DNA of 64,000 bases, from positions 72,578,820 to 72,642,819 of the forward strand of contig NC_068981.1 of assembly GCF_001194135.2 (NCBI RefSeq). Reading direction: 5' to 3'. Below, one piece after another: positions 27,466 to 39,554 of this stretch (position 1 is its first letter; every line of letters starts with the position of its first letter). Under the pieces are notes generated by a model, which saw only the letters and a list, made by a program, of their open reading frames with translations, made no database searches and was not told where the DNA came from. The position numbers and the translations under genes were made by a program. The stretch is from Octopus bimaculoides. Taxonomy: Eukaryota.

Positions 27466-28544
27466 ATTAGCAATGCATCCCGGCGTTGCCCGGGTGTTAT
27501 AACCTACAGCCATATTGTATTATTTGTTCCCTTCTTATGGGCAGAATCGGCACAATTGATATTTAGTGAACTGGATAATTGGCGTAATGGAAGTTATTGT
27601 TTGTTTAAAAGTGAAGGGGGAGGATACCATTTTGCATGGGTTTGCATGAACGTGCTTTCTGTTCTTAAGAAGGATCACAAACTATGTATTGTTTCATCAT
27701 AGAAAAGGGAGTTAATACGATTTTGCCCAGAAAAAACGTTTTCAAAATTTGATTACTCCCACCACCGCAATTTCTTAATTTGTAACTCTTTTTCGGATTT
27801 CTTTTATCCATGTAGAAGAATGCAGATTTTACGAATCTGGGAAATATATATTTCTGAAAGTTAATTTTTCTTAAAGAAAACACACAGTGCCCCTTCCCCC
27901 ACCTCGCCCACTCATCACCTATCTGCTTTCAAAAAGCTAAAGCCTCCCAATGTTTCACTTTTGTCTGATGTTTCACTTTTGTCTGATGTTTCACTTTTGT
28001 CTGATGTTTCACTTTTGTCTGATGTTTCACTTTTGTCTGATGTTTCACGCATGCGTAGAATTCTACTGAAGCAGCAGACGTAAAAAATACTAGACCACCA
28101 CCAGAAAACCCGACATGCTAGAAACAAAAGGTAAACGACATTCATTTCCTGTAGAAACTTCACTGCTTTCCAAAAAGCTAAAAGTGAAACATTGGGAGTT
28201 CGTAGGCTTTTGAAAATGGTGAGAAGATTTTAGTGTTTCTTTAAGAAAAAAGGAAAAAGAAAATTCTTAAAGATTCGTACTCTATTTTCATTTCCGTGAA
28301 TACAAAAAAAAAAAAAGCATTTGGAAAATGAAGAAATTGGGATGGGGAGGGAGAAAATTAAAATTTTGGGAACGTGTTTTTTGGGGCGAAATCCCAGTCT
28401 CCTGTAACGAAAACATAGGGATCGGGAAAAAAAAGTTATGAAAGAAATGCTGGTAGGGTCGCAAATGTCACCTCAGATATGCTAGGAACAACAGGCAAAA
28501 GACAAGATTTCTGGGAAAACTTCCGTTTAAGTTTATATCAAAGA
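27466..28544 (+). mobile_element. Non-autonomous Helentron/DINE-1-like element
   Basis: 5' attagcaatgcatcccggcgttgcccggg shares the tagc..cccggcgttgc.cg motif with 16353 and contains the cccgg/ccggg hairpin; likely 3' end tttatatcaaagat. Confidence 0.55.
27951..28048. repeat. Perfect 18-bp minisatellite x5.4
   Basis: tgtttcacttttgtctga repeated; gives the ETSDKS repeats in the minus-strand ORF. Confidence 0.95.
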
Positions 28545-28697
28545 TCCGGTTTTTAAATACGCTCTTCACAAACACGAATTACAGAATAGGAAAATGTCAT
28601 TTGAATTGGATTTAAGCTGTAATTTTGCGCGTGCACACAGCAAGAAATAACATAATTCGTACAGAAGTTTTAGCTAGAGTGTGTGTTTGTGTGCGTG

Positions 28698-28753
<56 letters not shown>

Positions 28754-29222
28754 CGTGCACGTATGTGTGTGCTAAAGGAAGTTATTTCATAGCATTCTTT
28801 GAAGCACCAAGGTTTTCAACTCGATCATATGGTCCATTATATGGGATCGTATGATTGTTCGTTAATTTTTTTAATTTCTTCATGCTTTGAAGAGAGCAGA
28901 AATTGAAAGAGAAGAGAAAGTGAAAAGGCGACATTTGCTTTGGGGTGAAAGCAGAAAGTGAAAGAGAGGTGAAAGTGAAAGATGTATGTACGTGTATTCG
29001 AAATGGACGTGTGTGTGTCTGTGAGTGTACGTGTGTGTGTATGTGTGTGTGAGAGAGAGAGAGAGTGAGTGAAAGTGTGTGCTGTCATGTTTGTAGTTTT
29101 ATGCATGTATGTGTAAGTGGCACTCACTCGCTCTCCTCTCCCCTCTCTCTCTCACACACACATTATCTTTCATATACACGTACATAAATGCATATGCATA
29201 CATCTTTTTGTATATATGTGTG

Positions 29223-29298
<76 letters not shown>

Positions 29299-29516
29299 TG
29301 ACATACAAACTCTCTTTTATATATACAGATGATAAGCAGCTTTCTTTATTATAGTATAGATGTGACTAATTCGGAGAAACATTACCTTCATTATTCACAC
29401 TTCGTCATTCTCGTAATGCAGCACTTTATAAGCCTGGTTCAAATTGAAAGTGTGAAACTATTTTCACTTCCTGATGAAACCTGGTCGATGTAGAGCAGTA
29501 TCTTTCAAATAACTAT

Positions 29517-29555
<39 letters not shown>

Positions 29556-29678
29556 GAATGCATTGTATATTGTTTTAGCGAGGGCGTCATGTTGCATTGG
29601 GAGGTGATGTATTTATTTGCATATATATAAATCTAATAGATTATATACATACATCGCGCGTGCACACGCACGCACACG

Positions 29679-29709
<31 letters not shown>

Positions 29710-29794
29710 GTATATATGTACTATGTATGTATGGATTATGTTTGTGCTTGTGCTTGTGCATAGGTGTAAGAGTTCTTGAAAGTGTCAACATTCT

Positions 29795-29938
29795 ACGTTT
29801 AAATTCCACCGAGATCGTTTTTGCCTCTCATCTTTCCGGGGTCGATAAAATAAGTTCCAGTTGGGCTATGGGGCGATATAGACGACTTTCCCCTCTCCCG
29901 AAAATGCTGGCATTATGCCAAAGTTTGAAACAAATGAT
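29795..29938 (+). mobile_element. SINE family B, diverged, 5'-truncated
   Basis: aaattccaccgagatcg..tttgcctctcatctttccggggtcgataaaataag plus tail tgccaaagtttgaaacaaat. Confidence 0.7.
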
Positions 29939-30159
29939 AAGGGAAATAAACCAAAAGCTACAAGTATTTTTTGTTTTTTGTTTCATGTTATTAATATTCA
30001 GACGTATATAATGTCTGGATTTTTCCTAAGGAAATGGTAGACCACTGCTTATCTTGTTTTATTATATTTCTTAGAGCTGATGTCTGGTGCTTGGAAGCCA
30101 ATCTTTGTCTTTGTATTCAATTCACATCCCATTTTTCTGTTAGTAATATAAATAAAGCA

Positions 30160-30332
30160 AAATTTTTGGAACAAAGCTAGTAATTTTAGGGAGACCGTGC
30201 AAGTCGATTATATCGATTCAGTACCTGATTGTTGCTATATTTTAATGACTACCAAAGGATTAAAAGCAAAGTTGACTTCGGCTTTATTTCAAATCAGAAC
30301 CTAAAGAACCAGAGAAATGCTTGTCAGTTATT
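30160..30332 (-). mobile_element. SINE family B, strongly diverged
   Basis: aaaagcaaagttgacttcggc..ttcaaatcagaacc is the reverse complement of the family B core. Confidence 0.55.
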
Positions 30333-30334
30333 TG

Positions 30335-30740
30335 ACCTTAACCAGTTGAGCATGTCCCTAAATGCCTGACGATATGTGTAACTCTGTTCACGAGCAGTAG
30401 TGGGGGAGCATCATTGCCATATGTTGAGAGGACTTCTGTGGGGTTTGGATAATTCAGCTCTGGAAACATGGGTGTTTCGTTTAACATCCTTAAACAACTC
30501 TTATTCAGGAACCTTTTGAGCAGGATGGGCTAGTCGACCCGAAGAAAATTCTAATTGGGCCCCACTTGCAAGGTCTTGCGCTGTTTATCTTGATATGTAA
30601 ACACCATGTCGCGCACATATGGTTGTGATGCATGTGCCTGGTGTACCCTTATCAGACGGGTAGTCATGATGGGTAGACTGGGTTTCGTATATTTGTACTC
30701 CAGTGTCACTCTGATGACATGCACAACTCTCTTACTCAAT
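30335..30740. repeat. Probable interspersed repeat of unassigned family
   Basis: GC-elevated block with sharp edges; resembles an octopus repeat I recall but is single-copy in this window, so it cannot be confirmed here. Confidence 0.3.
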
Positions 30741-32340
30741 TATAATGATTTCAAATTTTGGCACAAAGCCAGCCTTTTCCTCGCAGAAGTTAATAACTAT
30801 ATATTCTTCTAAAATATTGAGCAATCCTTCAAGTTAATGAGAAATAGTTTTTGTACATTACTTCACACAAAAACAATGGTTAATACATATGTATTAGTTC
30901 TGCAAGCAGTCTGAGCCACTGTGAGCTCTGGTGAAGCTGAAACACTGTTTCATGTGTTGCATGTTGTTGAGTTTAGTGTCTGTATTGTGTTTCTGATATT
31001 TTTGTGTGTGCATATCATGGTAGCAGGTGGAGCAATGGCTTCCGCGTGACTGGTCAATTTTGATTAACTAGAATTACACGTCACTGATTAACGATATTGT
31101 AAGATGTAGAGAGAAGCGCTCTTTGCATACAGTGTTTTGTGATGAGATGGTAAAATAATAGAAATATATATCATTGTCTTTAATGTAAAATGTTTAATTT
31201 ATTACTTTCTATTTGAGAAGGTAGAGTTTTGCAAGTGATAAGATTACTGTTTCTATCAGGTCGATTAATTACGTAGACACCGAGAGAGAAGAGAAAAAAC
31301 TCACAATCTCGCCTTACTAATTACTATGTCGTTTGATGGCTATCACCCCAAATGCAAAACATTATCAATACGTATCGAATACATAGAGGCATTATGTGGT
31401 ACATGTGTAACAGATTATTTAACAATCTATGCATCATATAATCTATTAGTTTTAGACGTTATCATTGACAATGATTTTGTTCATTCTGTCAATTTCCTGT
31501 TGAATACAGTTAAATTTCGATTCGTTTCCGTTTGCTATCACGTCATCTATCGAGGATATCATTCTTATTTTAATACTTCTAGCCTTTGGGGAATATTAGA
31601 GATGGATATTGATTAAGCTGCCTACCCAGCCTCATTCACTAATCAGAATCGGCATCACATAGTGTGTGATTCGGTTAGTCCTTGGAATTACAGGTACAAC
31701 CTATCCAACGAGCATCCAGTCTGTTTCTGCCAATCAAGTTTTATTCACTAAACTTGGGTCAGCTAGAACCGTTCCTATGTACTATAATCTCAGTTGATTT
31801 TGTTAGAATCATCTCTCTCGCTTGATTTTTGGATTTTAAACCTTCGTAGAAGGAGCATTTATTTAGTAATCGCATGGATAATCTCAATTATATAAAAGAG
31901 TGAATGCTTGAAATAGCGTGTTTAATATTTTAATTATATCACCATTTGTTAACTTATCGAAGTTGTAATTTAACCGGCCTCATAGTGTGTTAGACTATAA
32001 ACTGGAGGGTAGATAGTTTTTATAATCAGTAGGCACAGATTAAGTAGCGTTACATTATGTTTATAGTTAGGACATTTAATTTGATTTCACTCACTAGTTA
32101 CAGCAGGAATACCACGTCGATCTATCTTTTCACTAGGTACAATGCAAGATTTCTGTGCAGAATTAAAGTCGATAGAATTGATCCCAGTATGTTATTGACT
32201 AACTTTATTACTATTACAGTGTTGTTGATCAGTAAAATCGAACCCGACATAATTGGGACTCGGGGCACAAATGGAAGGAACTCATTGCTCTAAAGCATGA
32301 GCATTCAGTGTTTTCCTTTCAGAGAGTGTATCGGGATTAT

Positions 32341-32525
32341 ATTGGTTTCAAATTTTGGCACAGGGTCAGAAATTTCGGGGAAAGAGTAATTCAATTACAT
32401 TGACCCCAGTGCTCAACTTGTGCTTTTTTATCGACTTATGATGAAAGGCAAAGTCGACCTCGGTACGTAAAGACGAATGAAATGCCGCTAAGCATTTTGC
32501 CCGGCGTGCTAACGATTCTGCTAAC
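32341..32525 (-). mobile_element. SINE family B, diverged
   Basis: gatgaaaggcaaagtcgacctcgg..ccgctaagcattttgcccggcgtgctaacgattctgc matches the family B head in reverse. Confidence 0.8.
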
Positions 32526-33446
32526 AGAGCTTATTCTTAATGTATCTCTTGTTGAAAGATTTAGAAACTTTTCGATTTTTAATACATATGGAAATTTTCT
32601 TTTGTTCTAATATGAACTCACATTCTGATAGCAGGAAGATATTCCCACAAAAATATTATCTACATGATAATGGATAAAATATTTCGCGATACTCTCTGTC
32701 AATTCCAAATCATTCATTGCTATTCTCATTTAGATTTTTTTTTTCGAATAAAACTCATTATATTTGCTTAATATGTGCTTCCATTTCCAGAAATTATTTT
32801 TAATAATTTTGTATAAATATATACATAGAAAACACCTATATATCAACACGCACACACACGGATACAAGTAAGTACACCTATATTCTTATAGTCGTGTGAA
32901 TATTTGCAAAAATACAATTGACTGTAGTACTAACAACAAATAACGAATAATAAAGAATGATGTGTCTGCTTACAAATTCAATCCTGTGCTTGTAAAATAT
33001 ATTCTATTCCGAACAATGTAATGTAGTTTTTTTTTTTTCTGCTTGAATATGCACTAAATATTTACATATTTATAATTGGATACCTATGTCTATTTATGCA
33101 TATTCTTATTGCATTTACGTGGTATGTAGCTATAACATACACTCTCTCCATATCTCCATCCCTCTCTCTCTGTCTCTGTCTGCGTACCTCGCTGTCTCTG
33201 TCACTCTCTATCTATCTATTTCTGAGTCTCCAGTTACACATACATCTATGTTTGTGGGTTCATACTGGTGTGAATTGCAATGAAGTACAAATAAACAAAA
33301 AAGAATACTTAATATTGTTAGGCTGAGAGGAAAACATAATCTTTCCAATGAAACGATAAATACCAAGTATCACCACACGTACATGTGCATGTTTGTGGGC
33401 ACACACACACACACACACACATATATACACACACACACACATATAT

Positions 33447-33481
<35 letters not shown>

Positions 33482-33500
33482 CACACACACACATATAATT

Positions 33501-33635
33501 GGCGCAGGCGTGGCTGTGTGGTAAGAAGCTTACTTCCCAACTGTATCATTCCAGGTTCAGTCCAGTGGCACCTTGGGCAACTGTCATTTATTCTAGCCTC
33601 GGGCCGACCAAATCCTTCTGAGTGGATTTGGCTGA
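33501..33635 (+). mobile_element. SINE family A, 5' half
   Basis: ggcgcaggcgtggctgtgtggtaag..ccttgggcaa..gcctcgggccgaccaaa. Confidence 0.85.
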
Positions 33636-33852
33636 ATCCACTCACACATCAACACATCAAATGTAAAATTCTCCCCTGAAGACGGAGACGGATTATTCCG
33701 GACCACCAAGCTCCCAGGAATAGCTGTTGCACTCGTAAAACTCCTGATTTAACCCCCTTTCACCAGCAGTCAAATACAGTATGTAAACGTCTTACACCAA
33801 TGTCTTATAGTCACGTGATCGATGCTCTGTATTACGCAGGGGAAATTCGAAG

Positions 33853-33957
<105 letters not shown>

Positions 33958-34114
33958 TTGTGTTTCACACACACATTTTATATACATCACAATGGACGCT
34001 GATCTGGAGTACCTTGTTCAGATTTAAATATTCTGTGTCTTTCATATCACCTGGACATGCATGTCCATTGGACATGTCCAGCATTTACATTTGACGGATA
34101 TTTATCCCCGTCTT

Positions 34115-34164
34115 GTTTCGGCTGATATACCCTCCAGTCTTCATCAGGATTCTAATTCAGGTGT
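34115..34164 (-). ncRNA. Degenerate minimal type-I hammerhead ribozyme motif
   Basis: Minus strand reads CTGATGA A GACTG gagggtatat CAGCC GAAAC; stem II has one mismatch and the cleavage segment is deleted in this copy. Confidence 0.6.
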
Positions 34165-34187
34165 TATTATAATAGCATCGAAAAATA

Positions 34188-34240
<53 letters not shown>

Positions 34241-34376
34241 GTTATTATTCAGGTCACTGCTTGGAATCGAATTCGGATTCTTGGAGTTAGTAGCCATAAT
34301 TGCCCACGGGCCTATGGTGTCGCGGCTAACCACGACGCCATAGGCCCGTGGGTAATTATGGATTGAATTTTAGGGC

Positions 34377-35850
34377 TTATAAATCTAATATTTTTCTATC
34401 CTTCCTTAATACCGGTTCCCATATGCTGCTCATATCTGCACTCGGTCTGCTTAGGAGGTTGTTGTGTCCTAGCATATGTGCTGCTTCTTTTAGTTTTCGT
34501 ACTTTCCAGTAGTGTTCTCTGTCTATTATTTTAACTTCAGCCCACAGGGGGAGGTGGTCCACATTTTTCCATACATGATCAGCTATACCCGATTTCCTCG
34601 TGTCACTGCTTTGCGATGTTCGTCTACCCCTATTTTGAGGGGCGGCATGTTTCGCGTTTGTATAACCTATCACAGCTGCATGGGATGGAGTACACGCAGT
34701 TTTTGGTCAAGTTCTCTTCTATTGGTGGTTTTACCCGAAGGAGATATTTGCGAAGTGTCTTGAATACTGTCCTGATGTCATATGGGCCGCATATCTTTTG
34801 TATTTTTTCGGAGAGGCCTTCCACATAGGGTAGACAAACTGTGAACAGTTTATTGGTTTCATCCTCTCATTGTTTCATAATTGGAGTGGATAGTATGTTT
34901 TTGGGGTAGTTGTTGCTGAATAGATTGTTACTGAGCTTGATCATTTCTTCGTGGCGGGTATCACGATCGCTACTTATATTTTTTGCTCAATGTTTTAGGC
35001 ACTAAGCAATCCCTCTCTTTACACTGTATGGATGGTGGGAACTGAAGCTGAGGTATCGTCCAGTGAAGGTCGGCTTGCGGTATACGGATGTCCTGAATCC
35101 ATACTTGGTGCGTGTTATTAATACGTCCAGGAATGCCAGCTGATTATCTTTTTCCTTTTCCACTGTGAACTGTATGGATGGCTTTATTGAGCTCACATGA
35201 TCTAACAGCACTTGGACATCTTCCTGGTAGGCCCAGAGTATTTAGGTGTCATCAACATATCGCAGCCATAGGGTCGATTTTAGTGTTGATCCTAATGCTA
35301 AATTCTCAAAGTATTCCATGTATATATTGGCTACTATCTGTGATAATGGCAAACCCATAGCTAAACCCTCTTCATGTCGATATATATTAGTGTCCATACT
35401 GAAGTAGGTAGTTTCTACACAGACGATCAAAATTTCCATCAAGTTTCTTATTGGTATATTAGTGCGTTCTTTTAGATGGATATCTGTCACTAGTTTCTCT
35501 TGAATAACCGATAGTTGGGACTTTGGTGAACAGACTCACATCTAGACTCACCATTTGGTTGGATTCAATGGAGATATCCTTGATCAATGTGAAATGGGTG
35601 GAATTCTTCACAAACGATGTTGATTGACTTTCCTGCTAATGGACTAATTATGTCCACAAGGAAGCGGCTCAGTGGATGACATGCTGAACCTCTACAGCTC
35701 ACTATAGGTCTTAATGGAATACCATCCTTGTGAATCTTAGGAAGACCGTACATGTTTGGTAGTTTACTGTAGTGTTGAGTCAGTTGTCTGTGCTTCATTG
35801 GTGTAAAGTGATCCTTGTTCTTGATCAGGATCTGTGACAACTTCCTCTCT
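34377..35850 (-). pseudogene. Disrupted Penelope-like RT/GIY-YIG ORF
   Basis: ORF-track fragments 35565-35870, 35242-35490, 35002-35211, 34630-34824 and 34377-34673 are colinear pieces of one protein separated by frameshifts and stops. Confidence 0.9.
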
Positions 35851-36642
35851 GTTGTGTTACCAACAAACAATCTGAGGACAAATATCCGTCAAATGTATAT
35901 AATGTAAATAATGTACATAATTCCTCATCTCTATAATATAGAACAGTATTATCTAATTGCATGTTCAGCATCTAATGGACATGCATATTCATAATGTGTG
36001 TGCTTTGTTTATTTGGTATCCCAGATTTGTATATTTAACTGGGAATTCAATTAATTTTGGGTGTTGCCGTTTACGGGCTGCCATAAATATACGTGTTATA
36101 TACATTTTGAAACCTTTGCGAAAAATTGCCGATCTTTTCAGTGACGTTTGTAAAATTGCCATACCTTTCAATGTCATATTGTCAGTGTAGAGATCCGTGA
36201 TGCGACAATTTATAAACGACTATATTGGGATCTGAGAAATTCTATTCCTCGTGCTCTTTCTCTTTGTGTTGTAAACCATGGAGCAAGATTTTGGAGATTC
36301 TTCCACGTATAGATATATGTCAGGATATCATTCCTGCTAGCGTTCCAAAGAGTAGACACGCAATGCGTGGTGGAGTATCCGTTAATTCCGGAATAAGCCA
36401 TTGGATATTTCTGATAAATATTATTTACAATGTCTACAAGTGGTAGGCAAAAAACAGGCTGTACATGAAAATATTAAAAGCACGCGTTCGGGCACACAGA
36501 ATATCCTTATTCTTTAGATACATACATACATACATACATACACATATATATATATATACATACATGTTCACACTAGAACAAAATACATAAGCGTGTGTGT
36601 ATGCATGTGTGTGTACATATACATATAAATTTATATACTCTT

Positions 36643-36860
36643 TTATTTGTTTCAGTCATTTGACTGCGGCCATGCTGGAGCACCACCTTTACAATCTATC
36701 TATACACACCCACACATTACCGCACCCACATATGCGTATGTTTGTGCATGTATGTATGTATGTATGTATGTATGTATGTATGTGCTCTATGTGAGAGTGT
36801 CTCTGTGTCTGTGTTTGTCCCCCACCTCCGTTTGACAACCGGTGCTGGTGTCTTTACACC
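36643..36860. mobile_element. Two SINE family A fragments (3' end on minus strand, middle segment on plus strand)
   Basis: tttcagtcatttgactgcggccatgctggagcacc at 36650 and tgtgtttgtccccc..ttgacaaccggtgctggtgt at 36810. Confidence 0.7.
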
Positions 36861-37577
36861 CTTAAATTAGCAGTTAGATAGAGAGATAGATGCTACATAC
36901 AATCCCAAACTTCGAAAACGTTCTCAAACTTTTTCTTCAAAATTTTCATATATGTATATATCCACACTGCTGAAAAGTATTGCCTCATCCTTTTGTGTAA
37001 TGTTCACTTGTTTTTCTATGTAAGTTGTCGTAAAAGTAAGTATGTAAACCAAATATAAAAATTCTGTATAACTAAAAAATGAAACATTATACACTCAACA
37101 GATAACATCCTAAACATTAGAGATGAAATCTTCTCTCCTTGCATACACAAACAATATTTTACATCTAGGATAGCCCATTTCCTAGACGTGAACACAAATA
37201 GTACATAGACTTCACACAAAGAAGAAATATGCTCCAATGAAAAACTACCTCACCACACAAGTATAAGAACACCATGCCCAGAACGAAAACAAAATCATGC
37301 AAAATAATACAAAGAAATTGATCACAAAAAATTTGCTCAAAAGAAAAATTCAAGGGAAACAAACATAAAAAATATGCCACTCAAGAGTAACGTCCCTTGA
37401 TTCATTGAATTTACGAGAAACTCCGTGAACGAAGCGAGACTGTTTTCCATGTGATCGGCTTAAAAAATTACTACTTTTCTTAACATGAAACCAATGGTAG
37501 CCTTAATTCACAAATAAAAAAATTATACCCACTAATGCGCGGTGTTGAGCACTCATTTCCATCGTTCAACATTTACG

Positions 37578-37612
<35 letters not shown>

Positions 37613-37628
37613 CACACACACGCACACA

Positions 37629-37683
<55 letters not shown>

Positions 37684-37875
37684 TCATCTGTCTGTCTGTT
37701 AGTCTGTCTATATATGCATTTATGTGTGTTTGTATACATGTAATTGCGAAAGTATATTGCATTAGTTATAATGTAGTTCTGTGCATTCTGTAAGTAACTG
37801 GTGACATCAGGCAACCATGTAGTATTGGGAATTCAACTTTGTTCTATATTCATAATACGTACCTACATGTATGTA

Positions 37876-37956
<81 letters not shown>

Positions 37957-38520
37957 GCATTTGTACGTTTGTGTGTACACATGTATGTATGTTTGTACGT
38001 AAATTTCAAAGTCTGGATATGTAGGTAAAGTAACAATGATAATCAGCTTACTGCGTGTTTGTAGTTTGTTGACCCACTCGGTATTCAATATAATGAAACT
38101 GAATCTCATCACAAAAAAAACGTATCTTAGTGGAACATGTATTCCATATCACAGATTACTGTAAAAAATATCTTGCATTGTATTACATAAATAGGAAGCA
38201 TGCTTTGTGTAAGAAAAGCAAATTGAATCTCTTAAGGCATTTTTCTTACATAGACTGATTTGTACATCTAACTTTAAATTGTATTAGAAAGTAAGTCAGT
38301 AAGGTACCACTTTTAGTGTTCACGAGTTCTTTTAAGAAATGCTTGTTTTGAACAGTATAGCTTGCTGACAGTTATTTGACTTTGTCTCCAAGCACAGTTC
38401 ATGGAGTCAGAATTTTCATTGTCACAAGCCCGTTATATTTAACATCAGTCTTAGCTTTTCGTATTTGGTCGGTATTTATCTACCTCACTATTATTTAGCA
38501 TAAAGCCTGAGTTAACACTG

Positions 38521-38755
38521 TACAGGGTGAGTCAAAAGTCACGCACAAAATAAGTTCAATACACTCCGGAATTATCAAAGACATATTTTAATTTTTCTAA
38601 ATTTGAATAAAATAAATAAAATTATGATGAATACTAACGTACTTGTACATGATGAACAAAATCAATAATGATAATTATAATAATTATAATAGTAACAACG
38701 TAATATGTATAAAATGTGAAACGTTTTGGTGCCTGACTTGTTGGCTCACCCTGTA
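38521..38755. mobile_element. Tc1/mariner-type MITE with TA ends
   Basis: tacagggtgagtcaaaagtca versus tgacttgttggctcaccctgta. Confidence 0.8.
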
Positions 38756-39167
38756 TTTCAATTTTTTTTTAATATTTGCGTTCAGTTGACATTTAAACGC
38801 TTCTATGCTCAGGAATAATTTCTTTCGATTTTTGCTTTCACGCCAAGACTAAATACACATTTGAGATTGGATTGTTTTGTTAAGCATAGTTGTGATGGGA
38901 ATGCGAACTAAAATAAAACATGTCGCGAGAACTGTCGAGCAAGAATTAATCTGTAATACTTCAATTCTTGGTTGAGCGCTATCCAGTCTAATTATGTCAC
39001 TAAAAATTTCAGGAAATTCATAAACATCATGTGTCGAGTACATGATGAAGACTTAACGTGGTTGCTTTATCTATTAGTAATAGCTGCCAAATACCCTTCA
39101 ATGGATACTGTCTTGCTAACGATTTCTTTTGAATAATCTAGTCCGGCGTACACTATTAGTCGAAAAT

Positions 39168-39554
39168 GTTGTTGTTGGCAATTCGTCGCTTACGACGTCG
39201 AGGGTTCCAGTTGATCCGATCAACGGAACAGCCTGCTCTTGAAATTAACGTGCAAGTGGCTGAGCACTCCACAAACACGTGTACCCTTAACGTAGTTCTC
39301 GGGGAGATTCAGCGTGACACAGTGTGACAAGGCTGACCCTTTGAATTACAGGCACAACAGAAACAGGAAGTAAGAATGAGAGAAAGTTGTGGTGGAAGAG
39401 TACAACAGGGTTCGCCACCATCCCCTGCCGGAGCCTCGTGGAGCTTTAGGTGTTTTCGCTCAATAAACACTCACAACACCCGGTCTGGGAATCGAAACCG
39501 CGATCCTATGACCGCGAGTCCGCTACCCTAACTACTGGGCCATTGCGCCTCCAC
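39168..39554 (-). mobile_element. Full-length tRNA-derived SINE, family C, with 13-bp target-site duplication
   Basis: Minus strand has A-box tggcccagtagttagg, B-box ggtttcgattccc and (AAC)n tail; TSD attagtcgaaaat (39155-39167) / attagtcaaaaat (39555-39567). Confidence 0.92.

Larger units (their letters stand above)
34051..35990 (-). mobile_element. Penelope-like retroelement (RT + GIY-YIG endonuclease), 5'-truncated, frameshifted, with inverted partial terminal repeat
   Basis: Minus-strand pieces in order: YGLPKIHKDGIPLRPIVS, GLAMGLPLSQIVANIYME..WLRYVDDT, IQFTVEKEKDNQLAFLDV..VYRKPTFTGRYL, CVYSIPCSC, SGIADHVW..RKLKEAAH, stop at 34377; 34087-34118 is the inverted copy of 35865-35896 (27/32). 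Confidence 0.9.

Noticed and set aside
21054-28048. 27-bp and 18-bp repeats as possible CRISPR arrays
   Set aside because: Head-to-tail units with no spacers, eukaryotic context, no cas genes
29451-29500. ctgatgaaacc and ctgatgaagatccc (51322) as hammerhead cores
   Set aside because: Isolated CTGATGA with no stem II/GAAA arrangement
33676-33715. ctgaagacggagacggattattccg as a hammerhead core
   Set aside because: No GAAA after the putative stem II and no cleavage triplet or stem I
39480-39554. tRNA-like sequences at SINE heads as tRNA genes
   Set aside because: A/B boxes are present but they continue into SINE bodies with tails and TSDs, and I see no complete cloverleaf
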